From IMG/VR virus record IMGVR_UViG_3300042542_005523: DNA of 64,000 nt. One strand, written 5' to 3'. Position 1 is the stretch's first letter. Every line of letters begins with the position of its first letter. This DNA is from a virus. Lineage: Duplodnaviria; Caudoviricetes. The notes beneath the pieces were generated by a model. That model had not been told where the DNA came from, searched no databases, and worked only from the letters and a program-made list of their open reading frames with translations. Of this stretch, positions 51,695-60,242 are shown piece after piece. A program made the position numbers and the translations under genes.

Positions 51695-52462
51695 ATGTAT
51701 ATAAGCTCAATAGAAAACAGAGAGATCCTTGAATCCCTAAAAGATTTTTGTAAAGTAAGAAATCTAGGCACTGCACTTGAGAATAGTGCTGAACCTAGTC
51801 CCCGTGCTAGATTCATAATGGACTTGTGTGAAAGGGTAGGAATAACCTACGAGATTGACTATTTTGTGAGCGGAGGTTGTCACTATCATAATATAGTATT
51901 AAGGGGGAATTCCGCAAGAATGGTTATTGCCCATCATGACATAGTTAACATTGAATCTGAAAATGCAAACGATAACTCAGCTTCTGTTATAAATGCTATA
52001 CTTCTTAAAAAGTTAGTTCCTGAAGTACATGTCGTAATAACAGACGGTGAGGAGGTGGGATTTGCTGGATCTAGTAGGCTAGCTGGTCAAATAAAGAATG
52101 GTTCTTTTGGCTCTATAGAATGGGTGCTTAACTTGGAGTTAAGCGGTAGGGGTGGTAGAAATTTCATGATCGGTGACTACGCAGGTGAGCTCACGGATAG
52201 AATAAAGGAGATGTTTGGCCCCCCAGTTAAAAGAACTCCAGGAAGTGATTGCTTGCCTTTATACATGAACGGGATAGACACAAATGTTATCAATCCCCTG
52301 CCTCTCTTATTGGAGGGGGAATCTGATATGCTCAATGAAAATGGGTATCTTGATAACTCATCTTGGTATCTTTGTCACAGTATGATGGATACTTTTGACA
52401 AAATCTCCATACAAGATATGGAGGAATTCGTAACAGAGGTTCTAGTTCCTTTAGTTAGATAA
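51695..52462 (+). CDS. M28-family zinc peptidase
   Basis: IAHHD, ANDNSAS, TDGEEVGFAGS, LNLE, SD and CHS.MD Zn-ligand pattern. Confidence 0.8.
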   Translation: MYISSIENREILESLKDFCKVRNLGTALENSAEPSPRARFIMDLCERVGITYEIDYFVSGGCHYHNIVLRGNSARMVIAHHDIVNIESENANDNSASVINAILLKKLVPEVHVVITDGEEVGFAGSSRLAGQIKNGSFGSIEWVLNLELSGRGGRNFMIGDYAGELTDRIKEMFGPPVKRTPGSDCLPLYMNGIDTNVINPLPLLLEGESDMLNENGYLDNSSWYLCHSMMDTFDKISIQDMEEFVTEVLVPLVR

Positions 52463-52468
52463 AATAAT

Positions 52469-54256
52469 ATGGCTACAAAACCGAGTAAAGAAATACAAGT
52501 CCTCAGCGACTTTGAACACATTTTGGCTAGACCTACCATATATGTTGGTAGCGTAAAAACTTCAGAAGAACAGGTACCTATAGTGGAAGAGAGCAAGTGC
52601 ATCAAGTCACAGCCCAGACCGATCTCCGTTGGTATGTATAAACTTTTCGATGAGGTTTTTTCTAATTGCGTCGATGAGGCCAAGAGGATGAAATCGCCGA
52701 TGAAGAAAATCACGGTAGATATCGATTCCCGCTCTAATTCGATCTCCATTACTGATTCCGGTGACGGATTTCTCAATGGATCCAAAAAGAATAAAAAGAG
52801 CGGATTATCCAACGTTGAGACCGCAGTATCCATGCTAAGAGCTGGTTCCAATTTCGATAACGATGATATAGAGGAATCCCTAATTGGTACCAACGGGATG
52901 GGAGTTAGTCTTGTTAACGCTTTGTCGTCATTCTTCGAGATAGAGACAACAAACAGTCAAGAAACATATTCCCAAAGATGGGAGAATTTCTTAGCATCTA
53001 AACCCGATGTAAAGGCGAAGTCTTCTGGTAGTGAAACAGGAACAAGGGTTAGCTTTTCTCCTCTACCTAAGATATTCGATAATAATAAATGGGACCGAGA
53101 TATCCTATGGTCCACACTGGTTCTGAAAAAGAGGGTATTGGAAACCGAAAAAAAGACCGAGAATATTAACATAGAGTTTATATGGGACGGTAAAAAGACC
53201 TCGATCAGCTCAACTCTATCACCGGGATTTTCATACAAGTGTCAAATAGGTGAACTTCTAATATGGCCAAAGAGTGAATCCACTTCTTCCTTTGCTTTTG
53301 TGAACTCTGCAATATGCACAGGTATTCACCAGAAGATAGTTATGGATAGGATCAATGGTGAGCTGGAGGATAGCCTAGGTCATCATTTCTATGACCATCT
53401 ACTGATTCTTAATTTATCCCCGGGGTTAGTAAGATTTGGCGACCAGAATAAAACTAAATTTGTAAGTAAAAGGGAAGAGGTAGAACCAACCATCGTTAGA
53501 AGTTTCGAAGCCGGTTTACAAAAATTCTACAGAACAGAAACATTTAAATCGATAAAGAAATCTGTTGACGAGAGGAGAAAAGATGCGGAGATAAAGAAGA
53601 TTAGAAAGGAAAAAAAGAATGTAAAGATAAAATTTTCGCATAAGTATTTTCCTCCAACAGCTTCTAAGGCAGAGAATCTATTTATAGTAGAGGGGCTAAG
53701 CGCTATGGGATCTCTTCTTCAGAAAAGAGATCCTAAGAAGGACGGTGTCTATGCATTAAAGGGAAAGATTAAAAATGCAAGATCTCTCGGTGACCTATCA
53801 TCAAATAGAGAGATATTGGAGCTAATGCAAATATTAAATCTGGATCCGGAGGAAAAGAGCTTTGATGGACCTTTTAAAAACATAGTTATATCAACAGACC
53901 AGGATCCCGATGGATCCCATATTACCAGCTTGCTGGTTAATCTTTTCTATACCTGGTTTCCGTGGATAGTGGGACAGGGAAGGTTACATATATTGGAAAC
54001 ACCTCTAGTTAGCTCGGGTGATAGGGTTAAAAAATATTACTTCTCGCTAGATGAATTCAAGAGAGCATCTTCTTCTGATCTTAAGAATGTAAGGTACCTT
54101 AAAGGACTAGGATCTCTATCTTTGGATGATTGGGATTTTGTTATGAGAAACAGAAGAATCCTGCAGATATCACCAGATCCAGAATCCAAGTCAAGCCTGG
54201 AAATGGCTTTTGGTAAATCCTCTCAGGCAAGAAAAAATTGGTTATCTGGATTTTAA
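52469..54256 (+). CDS. Type IIA topoisomerase large subunit (GyrB / T4 gp39+gp60-like)
   Basis: EHIL.RPTIY.GS, E..SN..DE, GSNFD, GTNGMG, TOPRIM IVEGLSA, ALKGK, DQDPDGSHI and YLKGLGS. Confidence 0.92.
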   Translation: MATKPSKEIQVLSDFEHILARPTIYVGSVKTSEEQVPIVEESKCIKSQPRPISVGMYKLFDEVFSNCVDEAKRMKSPMKKITVDIDSRSNSISITDSGDGFLNGSKKNKKSGLSNVETAVSMLRAGSNFDNDDIEESLIGTNGMGVSLVNALSSFFEIETTNSQETYSQRWENFLASKPDVKAKSSGSETGTRVSFSPLPKIFDNNKWDRDILWSTLVLKKRVLETEKKTENINIEFIWDGKKTSISSTLSPGFSYKCQIGELLIWPKSESTSSFAFVNSAICTGIHQKIVMDRINGELEDSLGHHFYDHLLILNLSPGLVRFGDQNKTKFVSKREEVEPTIVRSFEAGLQKFYRTETFKSIKKSVDERRKDAEIKKIRKEKKNVKIKFSHKYFPPTASKAENLFIVEGLSAMGSLLQKRDPKKDGVYALKGKIKNARSLGDLSSNREILELMQILNLDPEEKSFDGPFKNIVISTDQDPDGSHITSLLVNLFYTWFPWIVGQGRLHILETPLVSSGDRVKKYYFSLDEFKRASSSDLKNVRYLKGLGSLSLDDWDFVMRNRRILQISPDPESKSSLEMAFGKSSQARKNWLSGF

Positions 54257-54305
54257 TTATTTAGACGATCTGGTTCTCTGCGGGGATTTCCAATAGATTT
54301 GTAAT

Positions 54306-55220
54306 ATGGAAAGAAGATATGGATATTGCTGTATTAACCTCTCTCTTGAAAAGGAGAAGGTTTCTACGAATCGGGGTATGGTCAAAAGAACCTTCCTGGA
54401 AAGAGGATTACCCTACGCCTCACAACTGGCTTTATTGAACGTAAAGGATCTCTATAAGGTCTTAACGTGGAATGCCGAAACTGGGATACGTATGTACCGG
54501 ATGAGTTCCGATATATTCCCATGGTGCTCTGAGTATGAATTATCAGACCTGCCCGACTTCGAGGAGATCGCGATAGCTCTAAAATTATGCGGCGATCTAT
54601 CTAAGACCACAGATCAGAGACTAACATTTCACCCGTCTCCATATTGCGTGATAGCTTCCGAAAGACCGGATGTGGTTCAGAAATCATTTAAGGAGCTAAG
54701 ACAGCATGCCGAGATAATGGATCTAATGGGATTGGATCAGTCTTATGACTATCCAATAAACATCCACATCAACACATCAAAGCCAACCAAAGAGGAAGCT
54801 GCTGAAAGGTTCTGTAAAGCCTATCTAGAGCTACCCGATAATGTGAAAAGAAGATTGGTTGTGGAGGTTGACGACAAAAAGTCACAATTCACTTCGGTTG
54901 ATCTCGCACAACTTGTCCACTCTAAGGTGGGGATCCCGGTTACATTTGACTATCTGCATAACATTTGCAATCCTCCAGAGGGAATATCTGAGGCTGAGTC
55001 TTTGTCCATTTGTGTTTCGACATGGGGAGATTTTACACCAATCACTCACTATTCGGATTCTAGAAAACTAAACGAAGATGCTAGCTCTAAGGAGCTTGCT
55101 CATTCTGACTGGATCTGGGGGAATCCCGAAACATACGGGATGAATTTTGATATAGAATTCGAAGTGAAGCAGAAGGATCTTGCTTTGCTGAGATATCTAG
55201 ATAGTAAAAATAATAAATAG
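54306..55220 (+). CDS. uvsE: UV damage endonuclease UvsE
   Basis: YGYCCIN, YRMSSD.FP, RLTFHP, HIN, DYLH, HYS, HSD and EVKQKD. Confidence 0.9.
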   Translation: MERRYGYCCINLSLEKEKVSTNRGMVKRTFLERGLPYASQLALLNVKDLYKVLTWNAETGIRMYRMSSDIFPWCSEYELSDLPDFEEIAIALKLCGDLSKTTDQRLTFHPSPYCVIASERPDVVQKSFKELRQHAEIMDLMGLDQSYDYPINIHINTSKPTKEEAAERFCKAYLELPDNVKRRLVVEVDDKKSQFTSVDLAQLVHSKVGIPVTFDYLHNICNPPEGISEAESLSICVSTWGDFTPITHYSDSRKLNEDASSKELAHSDWIWGNPETYGMNFDIEFEVKQKDLALLRYLDSKNNK

Positions 55221-55223
55221 TAA

Positions 55224-55514
55224 ATGAAAGAAGAAGACATAAAAGAATGGATGATGTGGAAAGCGATGGAGGAATTTAATTCCAATGTTTCCGAAAATGG
55301 AGGTGTCGTGAACGGTATTAAGTACACTCAGGATCTGGATCTAGAGTTACAAATCAGAATAGATTATCTAAAAGACGAGTTTGGTCAGGAAGAAACTGAG
55401 GTAGAGATTTCAAAATATAAGAACCCAGACGGTAGCTTCATAGAGGGGTTTCACTCCAATGAAGAAGTTTGGGACTCTATCTTAACGAATCTTAAGAAAT
55501 CCAAAAATATATAA
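55224..55514 (+). CDS. Small acidic hypothetical protein
   Basis: ORF in operon. Confidence 0.5.
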   Translation: MKEEDIKEWMMWKAMEEFNSNVSENGGVVNGIKYTQDLDLELQIRIDYLKDEFGQEETEVEISKYKNPDGSFIEGFHSNEEVWDSILTNLKKSKNI

Positions 55515-55518
55515 TCTC

Positions 55519-55848
55519 ATGTCTAAAAGCTTCTACCCCTCTAAGGGATTCGGTTCGGAAGGACCTCATCCTCAATTTAACATACTCAGAAAGCATATCG
55601 ATAGAGCGGTTCAGGATCTTTTTTTGAGTGCTCTTAGAAATCCAACAGAAGAGTTGAACTATGTGTTCAGGTCGGATGACCAGATTGATTCCTTTACTCA
55701 AAGAATGATTAAATACTGGGAATCACATGAGGATTATGAGATCTGTGCAGAAATACAAAAGCTGGGTAGAAATTTCAAAAAGGAGTGGAAAGAAAGATCT
55801 ACACCGGATTCTTTCGAGCCTAAGAAAATTATAGACATATTCAAGTAA
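55519..55848 (+). CDS. Hypothetical protein
   Basis: ORF in operon. Confidence 0.5.
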   Translation: MSKSFYPSKGFGSEGPHPQFNILRKHIDRAVQDLFLSALRNPTEELNYVFRSDDQIDSFTQRMIKYWESHEDYEICAEIQKLGRNFKKEWKERSTPDSFEPKKIIDIFK

Positions 55849-55854
55849 AAAATT

Positions 55855-56907
55855 ATGGCAAAAGATTACTACTCAATACTAGGTATTGCCAGGAACGCAT
55901 CGTCCGAAGATATTAAGAAAGCTTATAGAAAGCTAGCTATTAAATATCACCCGGATAAAAATAACGGAGACAAAGAGTCGGAAAGAAAATTCAGAGAGGT
56001 GAGTGAGGCATACGAAACACTCTCGGATCAGGATAAAAAAAGAAAATATGATAATCCAGATCCATTCAGGAGCCAAGGGTGGAATCCGTTTCAGGGAACT
56101 GATCCATTTCAGGGAAACGATTTCTATAGCTTTTTTGGAGGGAGAAACGGTGGCTTCTCACAAGATCCTTTGATTAATAAGGGTAGAAATGTTAACGTAT
56201 CAATGGAAGTCACACTTGATGAAATATTAAGTGGTGCTACTAAGAGAGTAGCTATATGGAGAAAAGAAGGATGTTCGTATTGCTCGGGAACAGGATCTGC
56301 TTCAGGTAAGCTTGAAACGTGTAACGAGTGCCACGGATCGGGTAAGATAAGACAGACCGTAAATACTGCATTCGGTACGGTTGCCCATGAATCTTTTTGT
56401 AATACGTGTCAGGGTTCTGGATCTAAAAGTACTGACCCGTGTAGGCATTGCAACGGATCGGGTACAGAAAGAATATTGGACGAGATAGACATAGCTATGC
56501 CAAGAGGCAGCGTTGGAGGTATGAGTTTTGTAGTTTCTGGGAAGGGTGACCATGCAAAATCACCCTGCAATCCGGGAGATCTTGTTGTGAATGTGAATGA
56601 GATAGCGCATCGATATTTTAAGAGGGATGGTATAAATCTAGTATGCGAGGAATCTATAAGCTATAAGGAAGCTTGCTTAGGAACAGATATAAATATACCA
56701 AACCTGAAAGGTGGTGAATATAAGATCAAGGTTCCGGGAGGAACGAGTCCTGGTAAAATATTTAGACTACAGGGTAAAGGTATTCCGGAATTTAATGGAT
56801 TTATAAACGGGGATATCCTCGTTAAGGTTAGCATTAAAGTACCTCAGTTCATATCTGACGAACAGAGAATAAAGTTGGAAGAATTGGATAAATCACTCTC
56901 TATATGA
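55855..56907 (+). CDS. dnaJ: DnaJ co-chaperone (type I, with zinc finger)
   Basis: J-domain with HPD, G/F region, four CxxCxGxG repeats and C-terminal domain (GDL.V, G.GIP). Confidence 0.95.
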   Translation: MAKDYYSILGIARNASSEDIKKAYRKLAIKYHPDKNNGDKESERKFREVSEAYETLSDQDKKRKYDNPDPFRSQGWNPFQGTDPFQGNDFYSFFGGRNGGFSQDPLINKGRNVNVSMEVTLDEILSGATKRVAIWRKEGCSYCSGTGSASGKLETCNECHGSGKIRQTVNTAFGTVAHESFCNTCQGSGSKSTDPCRHCNGSGTERILDEIDIAMPRGSVGGMSFVVSGKGDHAKSPCNPGDLVVNVNEIAHRYFKRDGINLVCEESISYKEACLGTDINIPNLKGGEYKIKVPGGTSPGKIFRLQGKGIPEFNGFINGDILVKVSIKVPQFISDEQRIKLEELDKSLSI

Positions 56908-57269
56908 TGGACCTTATTCTTTTTCTACTCGTCTCATTTTCATTTTGCTACTTGGTGGTAACCTCCTATATAGTAGCTCCTGTTAGAAATTACTTTCTAG
57001 TAAAATATCCATATATTGGGAAACTACTTAGCTGCATACAGTGCTTTGGATTTTGGAGCGGCTTTCTATTTTCATTGCTTTCTTATTTTGGGTTAATCTC
57101 TATCAATCAAGATAATATTAGATACTCAGATATCCCTATATTGAGTTTTTTCCTCTGCGGACTGCTAGCAAGTCTTTTCTCTGTACTGGCGAATTCCCTT
57201 ATTTTTTATCTAAACTCTAGAGATATATACATTATAGAAAAAGATAAAAAAAAGAACCAAAATGAGTAA
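56904..57269 (+). CDS. Small membrane protein, DUF1360-like
   Basis: Three hydrophobic segments with P.R...GKLLSC.QC.GFW.G. Confidence 0.55.
   Translation: MMDLILFLLVSFSFCYLVVTSYIVAPVRNYFLVKYPYIGKLLSCIQCFGFWSGFLFSLLSYFGLISINQDNIRYSDIPILSFFLCGLLASLFSVLANSLIFYLNSRDIYIIEKDKKKNQNE
57222..57229 (+). promoter_or_regulatory. Putative late promoter box GATATATA
   Basis: About 32 nt upstream of 57262, inside the upstream ORF. Confidence 0.45.
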
Positions 57270-58773
57270 AGTAAAAAGCTGGACAGATTTTAATAAATTC
57301 TCATTCAGTACTATCGCTATAAACGAGAGTGATCCAGCACAAGTACTTAGCGACGAGAATGCTAAAGCTGCTGAACAAATAAGGAAGTATCTAAAAGAGA
57401 AAGGGGTAAGCGTAGATGGAATCACAATCGACTTCTCTTCCGACGGCGTCGAAGCAGCCCCAAAGGAAGATCCTAATAAAACTGTATCCTATTCTACAGG
57501 TGGAGTTACAGGTGGAGATAGAATTAGGGGTGGAGATAGAATTGGACACACAGGTGCTCACAGCTCAAGTTCGAACGATAAATTAGGAAATTTAGCTGAT
57601 ACCCTTGCTGATGCTGCTGAGTATGCAGGAAGAGGACTTGGAAACACTATCAAATCAGATTCGACGACGTTCGGTAGTGCGCTTAGTGCTGATGGTAGAA
57701 AACAGATTAAAGATTATTTCTTCGGTACCGGTGGAGAAGTGGAAACAATAGGTGGTGGCGTTTCAGGATTTGCAGCTTTTTCAGGTTCTTCTTTAAATGG
57801 TGGTATAGATGCTTCCAACCAGGAGTCATATCAAAACAAAAAAACAGAGGTTCTCAAGACTGAAAATCCCGATCTTAGTAAAGCCACGAGCAATTTAACT
57901 CAACCAAACTACTATAATATAGGTAAACCCTCTTTTGTTGGATCAAAAGAATATAAGGATATACTTGATTCCATAGGAAAAAATAGAAAATCCGCACTTA
58001 GATTTTTGGAGGATATAGGAGTTGATACTGAACTAATAAGGGAAAGAGAAAATCACTTAGTTGCTCTTAGATCCTCTTTAGATATAAAGAATTCTTATCC
58101 GAACGATTTTACTGACTTTTTTATATTGTTCAAAATTGATGGTGATATTGACACATTTCTGGGAAGTACAACACCATCACCAGCATTTAGAGTTAAAGAG
58201 TGGTACGACTATCTCATTAAAATAGGATTTACAAAACTAATAGTTCAACAGGGATCATATATTTTAGACCCGGGTGTTTATAAATTTGTGATAAAAGATA
58301 CTGATACGAAAAGTAAATATTTCGGTTCATCTATTTTACAGCAAGACGGAACCTCTAATTTTCATAAATATGGATTGATGGGGAGTGCAGCTGAGGCTAA
58401 AAGGACCAACACATTCTCTCCTGGTAGTCTTGAAAAAGGAAGAATTGATCTTTGTATAACTCCTGCTCTACCTGAAGGAAGAAATGCAGACGGATTAGAT
58501 GCTACGACATCGGGAGATCAGGTTATAAAGAACGCGAAATCATTTGATAAGATACTAGCAGCAGCTAAATCTAATCCTTCAGCAACTCTTCCTTATATTC
58601 TAGCAGAAAATAACGGGGTTAAATCTAAAAGAGAGGAGAGAAGGGAGAGAAGAGAGGAAAGGAAAGAAGAAAAGAAGGGCACAGAGAAAGCTGAAGTAAA
58701 TGCAGAAGATGCAAAAGTTAACGAATCTTTCAGCCAAAATGGTATGAAATACCTTAAAAAATTCGGCGAATAA
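57262..58773 (+). CDS. Hypothetical 503-aa protein with CTS-like motifs at both termini
   Basis: Starts MSKVKSWTDF...INES and ends VNES...MKYLKKFGE; Gly-rich internal region. Confidence 0.6.
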   Translation: MSKVKSWTDFNKFSFSTIAINESDPAQVLSDENAKAAEQIRKYLKEKGVSVDGITIDFSSDGVEAAPKEDPNKTVSYSTGGVTGGDRIRGGDRIGHTGAHSSSSNDKLGNLADTLADAAEYAGRGLGNTIKSDSTTFGSALSADGRKQIKDYFFGTGGEVETIGGGVSGFAAFSGSSLNGGIDASNQESYQNKKTEVLKTENPDLSKATSNLTQPNYYNIGKPSFVGSKEYKDILDSIGKNRKSALRFLEDIGVDTELIRERENHLVALRSSLDIKNSYPNDFTDFFILFKIDGDIDTFLGSTTPSPAFRVKEWYDYLIKIGFTKLIVQQGSYILDPGVYKFVIKDTDTKSKYFGSSILQQDGTSNFHKYGLMGSAAEAKRTNTFSPGSLEKGRIDLCITPALPEGRNADGLDATTSGDQVIKNAKSFDKILAAAKSNPSATLPYILAENNGVKSKREERRERREERKEEKKGTEKAEVNAEDAKVNESFSQNGMKYLKKFGE

Positions 58774-58817
58774 GAAACTTAGCTTCATTTTTTCAATAGA
58801 ACTTCTAAACATAGAAG

Positions 58818-59324
58818 TTGAATAAATTAAGCATCACAGATCAGATCAATACCCAATATAGGGATTATGCCCTATATGTTATACAGAGCAGGGGTATTCC
58901 AAATTTCTATGATTTCCTAACTCCGGTACAGAGATTAATCTTAGAAAACTCCCCATCCAGATACAATAAAACCGTTGGACTAGTAGGGGAGGTTATTAAA
59001 ACCGGATTTTATCATCATGGAGATTGCCTTGATGGCGACACCCTCATAAATCTAGCAGACGGAACATCTATAAAGATTAAAGAGTGGTATAAAAACAATC
59101 CAGAGGCTGACCTATTGGTAAGATCTTTCGATACAGATTCCGGTGAAGAAGTTATAGGATATGCGCATAGCCCTAGAATAGGCCAACTAAATAATGAATA
59201 TCTAGAGATAGAATTAGAATCGGGCGAAATAATAAGATGCACAGATAATCATCCATTCTTAGTGGATGGTGAATGGATTAAAGCCGGTGATTTGGTGAAA
59301 GGGCACGACATAACAAATTTATGA
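58818..59324 (+). CDS. Topoisomerase II medium subunit (gp52/GyrA-like), N-terminal fragment fused to split intein N-half
   Basis: Y.DYALYVI..R.IP...D.L.PVQR and YHHGD extein, then CLDGDT (intein block A, Cys at 59025) and IRCTDNHPF (block B); stop at 59324. Confidence 0.9.
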   Translation: MNKLSITDQINTQYRDYALYVIQSRGIPNFYDFLTPVQRLILENSPSRYNKTVGLVGEVIKTGFYHHGDCLDGDTLINLADGTSIKIKEWYKNNPEADLLVRSFDTDSGEEVIGYAHSPRIGQLNNEYLEIELESGEIIRCTDNHPFLVDGEWIKAGDLVKGHDITNL

Positions 59325-59342
59325 TTTTTTCATACCATCATT

Positions 59343-59350
59343 GATATATA
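59343..59350 (+). promoter_or_regulatory. Putative late promoter box GATATATA for the HNH gene
   Basis: About 13 nt upstream of 59364. Confidence 0.5.
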
Positions 59351-59363
59351 AAATAAAAAATCC

Positions 59364-60242
59364 ATGATGATAGAGAAATATTGCGAAAGGTGTGGCATTA
59401 AATACCAAACAGATAAAAAATCATTTTTTAAGTATTGTAGTACCTTATGTAGGTCTAGAGATAAATTCATAGCTATCAAGGATAAGCATGGAAATGAATT
59501 TAACGTGTGGAAAAATAATTTCCAAAAATACCCTGATTTTTATCTTAGTCTGAGTAAGATCAATAATACAAGAAATAAATGTTTTATATGTGGCATTGAA
59601 TATAATTCTTTTAGAATGTGCTGTAGCAAAGAATGCTCAAGCATAATGAAAAAGCAAACTACTTTTAAAACTACAGGGGCTGAACATAATCTATCATCTG
59701 GTTCCAAATCTAGATCCAATATGGAAGAAAACCTCATCCAATTATACGGGGTCAGTAACGTATATCAAAGGCATGATGTTAAAGAAAAATTAAAAAATAC
59801 TTGGTATTTGAAATATGGATATGACAACCCATCCAAATCTAAAAATGTAAAAGAGAAGAAAAGAAAGGAAGCAGAGAAGAATGGATTTTGGATTCCAAGG
59901 GAAGAATGGTCTGAAAGAAAAATCTATGAAGCTAATGTTCACGAGATTACTTGGTCGCAAATGAGAAATTTTGCAAAACTTAAATTCGGAAGTGATATAT
60001 GGGATAGAATAAAGGAATCAAGGGGGTTACCTCAGACAGAATGGCTAACAGTCGATCATAGATATTCTAGAAACCAGGGATTTTTGGAAAAGATGGATCC
60101 TAGTATAATTGGGCACATCTGCAATATAGATATATTAACATTCAGCGAAAACCGAAATAAATGGTCGACGTCTAGTATAACAATCGGTGAATTAAAAGCA
60201 GAAATAGAAGAATTCAATAAAAATATAAGAGATGCGGATTAA
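59364..60242 (+). mobile_element. Free-standing HNH-type homing endonuclease between the split intein halves
   Basis: Two CxxC...CSxxC Zn modules, YGVSNV/YGYDNPS repeats and C-terminal DHRYS...GF.....IGHICN...L...EN..K; low GC. Confidence 0.75.

Noticed and set aside
52375-52893. Antisense ORFs in the track (e.g. 52375-52893, 39235-39750, 6943-7362, 33648-34058, 28306-28713)
   Set aside because: They lie opposite well-supported genes, have no recognisable motifs and are best explained as shadow ORFs.
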